From positions 64,001 through 128,000 of IMG/VR virus record IMGVR_UViG_3300025924_000017: a stretch of DNA of 64,000 nucleotides; one strand, written 5' to 3'. Below are positions 35,063-42,037 of the stretch, piece by piece. The first letter of the stretch is position 1. The number at the start of each line of letters is the position of its first letter. The DNA is from a virus. Lineage: Duplodnaviria > Caudoviricetes. Below the pieces are notes generated by a model, which ran no database searches, was not told the DNA's origin, and was given only the letters and a program-made list of their open reading frames with translations. The translations under genes were made by a program, and so were the position numbers.

Positions 35063-36904
35063 ATGCTTGACGCCCAGACCCTCGACCTCTTCAAGGTCAT
35101 TGTTCTCGACGAGTTTGCTGTGCCGCCGGAAGGGCTGAGCGCAAAGCCGTATCTGGAAGACCTCCAGCAGGGCTTCGTCACCAATTTCATCCCGACGCCC
35201 CTTCAGAGGGCCGCACTCTGCAAGGCGTTCAAGCCGCTTCCGCTGGTGACGCTGTTTTCGGTCGCCGAGCGCCGGGCGCCCGACATCACTCCGATGTCGC
35301 TGATCATGACGCAGCTTCTCCACTACATCGAGGTCTACGGCCTCGACCAGCCGGGCTTGTTCAATCTCGAAGTCAAGCAGGGTAGCGTCGTGGTTGTCGC
35401 CAACGTTCGCGGCGTGACGGTCGAGGAACTTGGCGACATGGTCCGCGCCCTGATCTACGCGAACGCGCCGGTCCGCAAGATCGAGGACGTGATCGAACTG
35501 ATCAAGTTCCACAACATTCCTTATGACCTCGCACTCGTGAAGAACAACGAAGCGCGCATCCGCTTGTACCGGGACGGCGATCAGTTTGCGTCCGGAGACG
35601 ACGCTGTCCGCTACATCGTCTTCAAGACGACCGGCGACTCGCTCCTGATCAAGTCCCCGGAAGTCGTCGCAGCCGTGAAGTCCGGCGAGCGACAGGTTTC
35701 GTTGCACTTCCTGATGGCGCACGAGACGGTCTTGGCGCAGGTGTTCAATCGCCACAAGCGCATCATCATGGCGTTGAAGAACCGGCGCACGGCACAGGCG
35801 ATCAACCGCATTTCGCGCTTCTCGAAGACGAAGCACGTCCCGCTCCGTCCGGCGCTCAACAAGACTTTCATCGCCCGCGCGCTCGGCGATCTGCCGTTCG
35901 ACTACGAGGACGCGCTGGAGGTCATCTCCCTGCGCGACAAGTTCAAGTACCTGAACCTGCTCGAATGGCGCCGCTTGCAGAATACCGATGACGTGTTCAT
36001 CATCCGCAACGGCCGCGCGCATTTGGAGCCGGATCGTAAGGTCTACCCCACCAAAGACATCACGGCGCTCATTATGAGTGTTGCGGACTCGATTGAGGCT
36101 GATCTGCGACATCTGCAAGGCAAGTCGATCCTGCTCGATCCCAATGTCGATTATGGTCTGCCGACCTCCCAGAAGCAGATGCTCGGCAGCCTGCCGTTCG
36201 GCACCACGATCTCGGTCGGTAACGGGAACATCTCGTCCGGCATCTATTGGGAGAACCGTTGGGGCGCGACCGATCTCGATCTGGCAGCCATCGACGAGTG
36301 GGGCGAACGCACCGGCTGGGGCGAGTTGTCCGGATTCGACAATAACAATCCGATCCTCTTCTCCGGCGACATCACGTCGGCACCTGAAGGCGCCATGGAG
36401 TTCATGACCTCGGCGACGACGGATTGTGAGCGCGTCTACGGACTGCTGGTGAACATCTTCAACGGGGGTAACGAGGCCGAATGCGAACTGCTCGTCGGCT
36501 CCCAGTTCGAAGGCAAGAACGGTCAGACGCGTTCCGGGCGATCCGCGAAGTGGATCAAGTCGCCGGTGATCCGGGAGAAGGTGAAGCTCACCTCTCGCGA
36601 GACGATCCTCGGCTTCGTACGGAACGGGAAGTTCGTCGTGTTCGCCCCGCGCCTGTCGAACCGCCGTGTGTCCGGCGGCGAGATCACGCGCCGTTTGATC
36701 GCGAAGGGCATGGCGCCGGTCTGGACGATCAGCAAGCTGCTCGCCGTTGCGGGAATCAAGTACGACACGACACCCGTTGACGGTGTTGTCTACGATTACG
36801 ATCTCTCGTACGCGTCGTTTTGTGTTGACAAAATGGAGCGCATGTTGTTCAATCCTCAGCAGGTTACGCCGCAAAAGACGTTCCTTACAGAAACAGCGGC
36901 CTAA
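35063..36904 (+). CDS. TerD-domain-containing stress/RNA-associated protein (putative)
   Basis: QLLHYIEVYG N-terminal motif; GIYWEN...DLDLAA...W...ILFSGDITSAPEGAMEF resembles TerD fold; AAGGA RBS. Confidence 0.6.
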   Translation: MLDAQTLDLFKVIVLDEFAVPPEGLSAKPYLEDLQQGFVTNFIPTPLQRAALCKAFKPLPLVTLFSVAERRAPDITPMSLIMTQLLHYIEVYGLDQPGLFNLEVKQGSVVVVANVRGVTVEELGDMVRALIYANAPVRKIEDVIELIKFHNIPYDLALVKNNEARIRLYRDGDQFASGDDAVRYIVFKTTGDSLLIKSPEVVAAVKSGERQVSLHFLMAHETVLAQVFNRHKRIIMALKNRRTAQAINRISRFSKTKHVPLRPALNKTFIARALGDLPFDYEDALEVISLRDKFKYLNLLEWRRLQNTDDVFIIRNGRAHLEPDRKVYPTKDITALIMSVADSIEADLRHLQGKSILLDPNVDYGLPTSQKQMLGSLPFGTTISVGNGNISSGIYWENRWGATDLDLAAIDEWGERTGWGELSGFDNNNPILFSGDITSAPEGAMEFMTSATTDCERVYGLLVNIFNGGNEAECELLVGSQFEGKNGQTRSGRSAKWIKSPVIREKVKLTSRETILGFVRNGKFVVFAPRLSNRRVSGGEITRRLIAKGMAPVWTISKLLAVAGIKYDTTPVDGVVYDYDLSYASFCVDKMERMLFNPQQVTPQKTFLTETAA

Positions 36905-36995
36905 AAAGCCGCTCCTAAAATACGTCTCGCGGTTTTCGATTTTGTTGCAAAGGGTGTTCCTTAAAAACCCTTCTATGGCAAACACACCCCGCAAC
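36869..36995 (+). ncRNA. Tandem pair of similar multi-branch RNA structures
   Basis: AGACGT/ACGTCT and GGGTGT/ACACCC stems each enclosing a TCCTTA..AAAC loop plus hairpin. Confidence 0.45.
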
Positions 36996-37007
36996 GCTCT
37001 CTGCGAG

Positions 37008-37040
37008 AGGCCATCCGAAAGGATGGCCTTTTGCATTTTG
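37008..37040 (+). terminator. Intrinsic terminator
   Basis: AGGCCATCC-GAAA-GGATGGCCT then T-rich run. Confidence 0.85.
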
Positions 37041-37044
37041 TTTC

Positions 37045-37071
37045 TTGACACGACTGCCGTGATATGAGACA
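37045..37071 (+). promoter_or_regulatory. Promoter-like motif before leader 3
   Basis: TTGACACGACTGCCGTGATATGAGACA. Confidence 0.6.
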
Positions 37072-37080
37072 ACCTTCTCC

Positions 37081-37179
37081 ATGAGCAAGACCTTTACCAA
37101 CGTGCAGCAAGTCGTCCGCCGGAATCGCTATATTCCGGGCGGGGCTTTCGCGCGTGTGGAGAAGGATCACGGGTTCTAA
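37081..37179 (+). CDS. Putative leader peptide 3 (MSKTFTNVQQVVRRNRYIPGGAFARVEKDHGF)
   Basis: 32-aa ORF; codons 7-18 all match downstream tRNAs; overlaps antiterminator strand. Confidence 0.8.
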   Translation: MSKTFTNVQQVVRRNRYIPGGAFARVEKDHGF

Positions 37180-37247
37180 ACCCAAAAGCTCTCCAAAGTT
37201 CTGCGAAAGGCCCGCCCGGTAAGCTCCGAGCGGGCCTTTTGCTTTTT
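37137..37247 (+). promoter_or_regulatory. Transcription attenuator (antiterminator/terminator)
   Basis: 37137-37151 GGGCGGGGCTTTCGC pairs (14/15) with 37203-37217, overlapping terminator AAAGGCCCGC/GCGGGCCTTT + T run. Confidence 0.8.
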
Positions 37248-37256
37248 GCCTTTCAC

Positions 37257-37342
37257 GCGGATGCGAACGAGAGGCGAGCGATTGACGGTCTGTAAAACCG
37301 TTGCCTATGGCTGAATGGGTTCAATTCCCATCATCCGCACCA
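37257..37342 (+). tRNA. tRNA-Tyr(GTA)
   Basis: Loop CTGTAAA; long variable arm. Confidence 0.9.
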
Positions 37343-37378
37343 AGGCAAAAACGAGAAGGTACGCAAGGAGAAGAATTT

Positions 37379-37455
37379 GCTTCGGTAGCTCAGTTGGTAA
37401 GAGCGCTGGCTTGAAATCCCAGAGGTCGATGCGTCGAGTGCATCCCGGAGCACCA
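37379..37455 (+). tRNA. tRNA-Phe(GAA)
   Basis: Loop TTGAAAT; T loop GTCGAGT. Confidence 0.85.
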
Positions 37456-37460
37456 TACAC

Positions 37461-37536
37461 AGTCCGTTAGCTCATTCAGGAGAGCGCTGGTGTCACATAC
37501 CAGAGGCGCACGGGGCAGAGCCGTGACGGACTACCA
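37461..37536 (+). tRNA. tRNA-Val(CAC)
   Basis: Loop GTCACAT; T loop GGCAGAG. Confidence 0.85.
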
Positions 37537-37540
37537 GCTT

Positions 37541-37616
37541 CCACCCGAGGCTGACTAGTGAGGCGGGCACCTGATTAGTGCCGTCAAGGTGAGTGCGATC
37601 CTCACCGGGTGGTCCA
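37541..37616 (+). tRNA. tRNA-Ile(GAT)
   Basis: Loop CTGATTA; T loop TGCGATC; atypical T37 and T73. Confidence 0.7.
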
Positions 37617-37654
37617 GTTTTCAGATCAGCGATGGAGATTCGTCGCTGGTTTTT

Positions 37655-37730
37655 AGTCCGATAGCTCATTCAGGAGAGCGCCGCTGTGACATGGCGGAGG
37701 TGCGCGGGGCAGAACCGCGTCGGACTACCA
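37655..37730 (+). tRNA. tRNA-Val(GAC)
   Basis: Loop GTGACAT; T loop GGCAGAA. Confidence 0.85.
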
Positions 37731-37736
37731 AATCAT

Positions 37737-37813
37737 TCTCCGTTAGCTGGTCGGTCTGGCCGCTGGGCTCTGAACCCGGAAAGAAGAACGTTCGAATCGT
37801 TCGCGGAGAGCCA
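37737..37813 (+). tRNA. tRNA-Gln(CTG)
   Basis: Loop CTCTGAA; U1:A72, G73. Confidence 0.85.
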
Positions 37814-37818
37814 AACAT

Positions 37819-37894
37819 TGCCCGTTAATTGCTAGGTGCGGTCGCCGGGTTTTGACCCCGGTAGGAAAAGGTTCGAATCCTTTGCGGGCATCCA
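37819..37894 (+). tRNA. tRNA-Gln(TTG)
   Basis: Loop TTTTGAC. Confidence 0.85.
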
Positions 37895-37900
37895 GAACAT

Positions 37901-37985
37901 TCCCTTCTGGCGGAACGAGTAGACGCGCTGCACTGTTAATGCAGTATCGAAAGATGTGCAGGGGCGGAGCCTGCGGAGGGAGCCA
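37901..37985 (+). tRNA. tRNA-Asn(GTT), type II-like body
   Basis: Loop CTGTTAA; Leu-like D arm GGCGGAACGAGTAGACGC; long variable arm; T loop GGCGGAG. Confidence 0.8.
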
Positions 37986-37994
37986 ATCAAATTT

Positions 37995-38070
37995 TGGTGT
38001 GTAGCTCAGTCGGCAGAGCGGCGGATTGTTAATCCGAAGGTCGCAGGATCGTACCCTGCCACGCCAGCCA
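37995..38070 (+). tRNA. tRNA-Asn(GTT)
   Basis: Loop TTGTTAA; G73. Confidence 0.85.
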
Positions 38071-38076
38071 AATTAT

Positions 38077-38158
38077 AGTCGCGAAGTGCTGAATGGAACG
38101 GAGGCAACGCACTACGAATGCGTAAACCCTGTGGGTTCGAGTCCCACCGCGACTACCA
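38077..38158 (+). tRNA. tRNA-Arg(ACG)
   Basis: Loop CTACGAA. Confidence 0.8.
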
Positions 38159-38165
38159 GTTTTGA

Positions 38166-38241
38166 CGTGCCGTCGCCTAAAGGTAAGGCCCTTCGCTCAT
38201 AACGACAGTGTATGTGAGTTCGATTCTCACCGGCACCACCA
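38166..38241 (+). tRNA. tRNA-Met(CAT)
   Basis: Loop CTCATAA; C1:C72 mismatch; weak anticodon stem. Confidence 0.7.
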
Positions 38242-38244
38242 AAT

Positions 38245-38327
38245 GGCCCCGTAGCTCAGCGGACAGAGCGCCGGTCTTCTAAGCCGGGAAATCAACGTCG
38301 GGGGTTCGACTCCCTCCGGGGCTTCCA
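38245..38327 (+). tRNA. tRNA-Arg(TCT)
   Basis: Loop CTTCTAA. Confidence 0.9.
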
Positions 38328-38333
38328 GATCAC

Positions 38334-38408
38334 AGCCGCGTAGCTCAACGGAAAGAGCGCCAGTTTCCGAAACTGAGGATCGGTGTTCGATTCACCGCGC
38401 GGCTACCA
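38334..38408 (+). tRNA. tRNA-Arg(CCG)
   Basis: Loop TTCCGAA. Confidence 0.9.
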
Positions 38409-38576
38409 GTTCCGCCCTGTCATCTTTCTTGTCGATAATGTCGTCGTTCTTGACGAATACTCACCTCTATCATAAAATGCGGCCCATCAAACATCGCTAC
38501 GTGCCGGGGGCTCGAATGCGGATCGTCAGGGCGCATTTTGTCGCGCCCCGAAGTCAAAGCACCAGAGGGTTGCGTA

Positions 38577-38906
38577 GTGGATATCAGCGACATCGAAACC
38601 GATACCGCCGACCGGCGGCGCGCTCGCGGCAAGAAGCCGTCGATCTTCAACTGGGAGATCAATTTCGGGCACGTGGCTATCGTGCTCTCACTTTTTCTGT
38701 CCGCAGCAGGCCTTTACGCGCACGATGAGGCGCGTATCTCGGTCATCGAGAGCCGGGTCGATGACCTGACCTCCCAAAATCTCCCGCCGCGCATGGCTGC
38801 CGCCGAGACGCAACTCCACGACATTCACGACAGCATGAAGGAGGTCACGAACCTCCTTGGTCAGATTCACAACGACCTGTCTCAGAAAGCGGATAAGCCA
38901 AAATAA
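38577..38906 (+). CDS. Single-TM coiled-coil protein
   Basis: EINFGHVAIVLSLFLSAAGLY TM then coiled coil; GTG start inferred. Confidence 0.65.
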   Translation: MDISDIETDTADRRRARGKKPSIFNWEINFGHVAIVLSLFLSAAGLYAHDEARISVIESRVDDLTSQNLPPRMAAAETQLHDIHDSMKEVTNLLGQIHNDLSQKADKPK

Positions 38907-39131
38907 TTACTTCATAACCGGCGTCATAAACTCCCGGCGTCCTGTTCATTCCGTGTTCATAATGTTGGAGATCAAGGCATTCGCGGACGAAAAGTCCGGA
39001 AAATAACATCCACTGTCGCCAAATTGGATATTGCACTTTACGGCGAATCCATGTCAGCAAGACGTTAAGCGGCAGAGCGGGACCAATGGGGTCGTTAGCC
39101 TGCGCGCCTTGTTCAGACGAGGAAAGCAAGA

Positions 39132-39347
39132 GTGCGTACAAGGAACGTTGAAGGGGAAAAGAAGGTTGCACCGGCCGCGAATTATTTTGCAGTCGATGAA
39201 ATTCATAAACGGCTCATTAGCCGTGCACACGAACTAGCGGAACTTTCGCTTCAACCTCTCACGCCGGAACTCGTCGGCGAAATGGAAGAAGCTTCCAAGC
39301 ACTTCAACACCGACCTCGCGGAACTCCGTTCGCGGCGCATCGTATAG
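39132..39347 (+). CDS. Hypothetical protein
   Basis: GAGG RBS, GTG start. Confidence 0.55.
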   Translation: MRTRNVEGEKKVAPAANYFAVDEIHKRLISRAHELAELSLQPLTPELVGEMEEASKHFNTDLAELRSRRIV

Positions 39348-39373
39348 CGAGGTTTCACATCAGGGGAGAGTAG

Positions 39374-40180
39374 GTGGATCAGCCTAACGAGTTTTTCGAG
39401 CAAGCATCTCCGCCACCCCGTCTCACCAAATCGCAAGCAAGAGCAGCGCGCCGGGCCGAAAAGGCTTCTACGGGTGGTTCCGGCGCGCCTCTTACAGCCA
39501 AGACCGACAATCAGCGCCGGTATATCGACCGCCTCAAGCGCGGCCAGAGTTTGTTCGCTATCGGACCAGCGGGAACCGGCAAAACCTACCTCCCTGCGCG
39601 GATCGCGGCGCGCAAGCTCCTCGACAAGCAACTCGACAAGTTCATCATCGTGCGCGCCACCGTGGAACCCAACAAGCGCCACGCGCTCGGTTTCAAACCC
39701 GGCAAGCAGGACGACAAGCTGGCGCCGTGGATGATCCCGGTGCTGGACGGCCTGCGCGCGGAGATGAGCGGCGTCGTCCTCGACAAGCTCAAGAACGAGA
39801 AGCGGATCGAGTTCGCGCCTTTCGAAAGTATGCGAGGCCGCACGTTCAACAACGCGATCCTTCTGATCGATGAGGCCCAGAATCTCACGACCGCCGACCT
39901 CAAACTGGTTTTGACGCGTATCGGCGAGGACTGTCAGGTGATCGTCACCGGGGATACCGAACAGACCGATATCCCGGATTCCGGCCTTGCGCGCGTCGTC
40001 GCGATGACGCGCCGTCACCAGATCGAGATGCCTGTGGTCGTCTTTGACGAGGATGATGTGGTGCGCAGCGCCATGACCAAGGCATGGGTCAAGGCATTTG
40101 CCGCAGAATTTGGCAGTACTGCCGCATTTCTTGACGACCCTCCGGCGTTCCTGCAAAATGGCCGCTTAGTTCCCCAGTAA
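39374..40180 (+). CDS. phoH: PhoH family ATPase
   Basis: KTDNQ, GPAGTGKT, GFKPG, MRGRTF, LIDEAQN, TGDTEQTD, DVVRS motifs. Confidence 0.95.
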   Translation: MDQPNEFFEQASPPPRLTKSQARAARRAEKASTGGSGAPLTAKTDNQRRYIDRLKRGQSLFAIGPAGTGKTYLPARIAARKLLDKQLDKFIIVRATVEPNKRHALGFKPGKQDDKLAPWMIPVLDGLRAEMSGVVLDKLKNEKRIEFAPFESMRGRTFNNAILLIDEAQNLTTADLKLVLTRIGEDCQVIVTGDTEQTDIPDSGLARVVAMTRRHQIEMPVVVFDEDDVVRSAMTKAWVKAFAAEFGSTAAFLDDPPAFLQNGRLVPQ

Positions 40181-40198
40181 AAGCGACCTCCCACAGCC

Positions 40199-40726
40199 AT
40201 GACCTTTGCCTTTGTGGTCGAGACCGGCAACGCCGATCCCGATGCAAACTCCTACGCAGCCGTTGACTTCGCGGACGATTATATCTCCACGAACGCCTTT
40301 GTTGCCGACCTCTGGGCGACCCAGACGACGGATGAAAAGGAAAAATACCTCGTCCGCGCGTCCAAATACATCGACCGGACGATCCAGTGGAACGGCACCC
40401 GCGTGGACGACGAGTCGGGCCTGCGCTGGCCGCGCTCCGGCGTGTACGACGCGGATAGCTTCGAGATTCCCGATGACGTGATCCCGGAAGTCTTGCAGGA
40501 AGCCGTCTGCGAAGTGGCGTCACTCCTCGCCACCGGCACCGACTGGACACAGCCGCAAGACGGCCGAGGGATCAAGGACCTCAAGGCCGATGTCGTCGAG
40601 ATTTCGTTCAACTCGACGCAGGCGATGCGCGCGTCGCTCCCTGACTACGTCATCAACATGCTGTCCGATCTGGGTTCTGTCCGGGGAGGCACGCGCCCGT
40701 CGTTCAAGAAGATCACGCGGGCTTAA
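40199..40726 (+). CDS. Head-tail adaptor (DnaT-like domain family)
   Basis: VVETG...ANSYA.V..AD.Y, L.WPR, IP..L.EA.CE.A motifs; position. Confidence 0.8.
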   Translation: MTFAFVVETGNADPDANSYAAVDFADDYISTNAFVADLWATQTTDEKEKYLVRASKYIDRTIQWNGTRVDDESGLRWPRSGVYDADSFEIPDDVIPEVLQEAVCEVASLLATGTDWTQPQDGRGIKDLKADVVEISFNSTQAMRASLPDYVINMLSDLGSVRGGTRPSFKKITRA

Positions 40727-40729
40727 GCC

Positions 40730-41113
40730 ATGAGCTTGCGCAATCTTGTCCGGCAGCAGGTCGCCAACGGCTTCAAAGCGTTCGGCGACATCCCGCGCCC
40801 GGCCGATTATTACCAGATGACCGGCGAGGTCACCCGCGATCTTGTCGCCGGTACGTCCGTCCCGGTGACAAACCACTACCCCCTCAAGGGCGTCATCTTC
40901 GCGAAGTTCGAGGAGAAGGAAAACGATAAGGACGTTTCACGCCTCACCGACGAGAAGGCGATCTTCCCGGCGCTCTATCTGCCGATCACGCCCAGCACCT
41001 CCGACACCATCGTCGATGAAAATGGCGTCGTTTGGGAGGTTGTGGACCGCCTGAGCGATCCGGCGTCCGCCGTTGTGGTCCTCCATATGCGGACCTCGCG
41101 CACCACGACCTGA
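40730..41113 (+). CDS. Head closure protein (putative)
   Basis: Position and size; ITPS..DTIVD.NG..WEVV. Confidence 0.7.
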   Translation: MSLRNLVRQQVANGFKAFGDIPRPADYYQMTGEVTRDLVAGTSVPVTNHYPLKGVIFAKFEEKENDKDVSRLTDEKAIFPALYLPITPSTSDTIVDENGVVWEVVDRLSDPASAVVVLHMRTSRTTT

Positions 41114-41114
41114 T

Positions 41115-41594
41115 ATGGCGAAATTCACAGTCACCCGGCAAGGAAACTTGCAGGCCGCGCTCACGAACTTCTTCCAAAAGGTGGAAGACGCGTATGTCCG
41201 GAACGAAGATAACCTTCTGATCCAGTTGAACGAGCGCATTCTGGCGCTCACGCCGGTCTGGGAAGGCGATGCGATCATCAACTGGCGCTGGTCTACGCGG
41301 GCGCCGCTGACGGGCCACATCGATCCGGTCGAGACCCCGGAAGACCCCGGACACACGAACGAAATGGCGCTCGGCGAGGAACCACGCCGCGCCGCCAATG
41401 AAACACGGCCGAGACAGTCGCTCATGGCGGCACTGCGCGCCAAGGAACCTCAGGATATTTTTCTCACCAACAACTCTGACCACATCGTCGATCTCGAATA
41501 CGGACTTCTGCCGACGCGCGAGCGCTCTCGTGTCGATGGCGCGCAGGGCATCGTTCGGCTGGCGATCAAGGAAGTCATGGGAAGCCTTCACTAA
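41115..41594 (+). CDS. Neck/tail completion protein (HK97 gp10-like)
   Basis: TPVWEG....NW and IFLTNN..HIVDLEYG motifs. Confidence 0.7.
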   Translation: MAKFTVTRQGNLQAALTNFFQKVEDAYVRNEDNLLIQLNERILALTPVWEGDAIINWRWSTRAPLTGHIDPVETPEDPGHTNEMALGEEPRRAANETRPRQSLMAALRAKEPQDIFLTNNSDHIVDLEYGLLPTRERSRVDGAQGIVRLAIKEVMGSLH

Positions 41595-42037
41595 TGCTTG
41601 AAACGGATATGCTCCGCCAAGTCCTGTACCAGCAGGCGATCACGGCGGTCCAAAACAATGGGAACTTTCCCTGCAAGATCGGCAACGAGCCATTCAAGAA
41701 GCCCTCGGACGGCTCGATCTACGGCGAGTTCTGGTTCAAGACCGGCAAGACGACCCAGATGGAGCTTGGCTCCCGGCGCGGCTTCGAATGTACGGCGGGG
41801 GTTGCGCAATTCGCGCTCTTCTCGCCGGAGAAGGATGGCGAGGGTGCCGTCCAACGGTTGGCCGACAATCTGCGGAAAGTGTTCAATCGCAAACAATACA
41901 CGGTGCCGCCGGACGGCTACCTGAACATGGACCCTTGGTCCGTTCAGACTGTCCCGGGCACTCGAAACGGCTACATCGTCGTCATCGTGGACGGAAGCTT
42001 CGACTTCTACCACCGCGATCCTTCGGCGACGCCTTAA
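41594..42037 (+). CDS. Tail terminator protein (DUF4128-like)
   Basis: Position before tail tube; G.....FSP...G.....LAD.L...F. Confidence 0.7.
   Translation: MLETDMLRQVLYQQAITAVQNNGNFPCKIGNEPFKKPSDGSIYGEFWFKTGKTTQMELGSRRGFECTAGVAQFALFSPEKDGEGAVQRLADNLRKVFNRKQYTVPPDGYLNMDPWSVQTVPGTRNGYIVVIVDGSFDFYHRDPSATP

Noticed and set aside
36970-37010. c-di-GMP-I riboswitch suggested by GGCAAAC
   Set aside because: The following GNRA stem and second conserved stem do not match; better explained by the tandem motif and terminator.
34538-37072. 844-aa minus-strand ORF, and similar long antisense ORFs (2492-3877, 4802-6439, 45867-48605, 43270-44511)
   Set aside because: Shadow frames of high-GC plus-strand genes; no motifs, and they overlap well-supported genes.
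29149-38408. Stop-codon recoding or suppressor tRNAs
   Set aside because: No CTA, TTA or TCA anticodon was found, and genes end normally in TAA, TAG and TGA.
29149-38408. tmRNA, RNase P RNA or group I introns in the tRNA region
   Set aside because: No tag reading frame or conserved core motifs were recognisable by eye; an Infernal search would be needed to exclude them fully.
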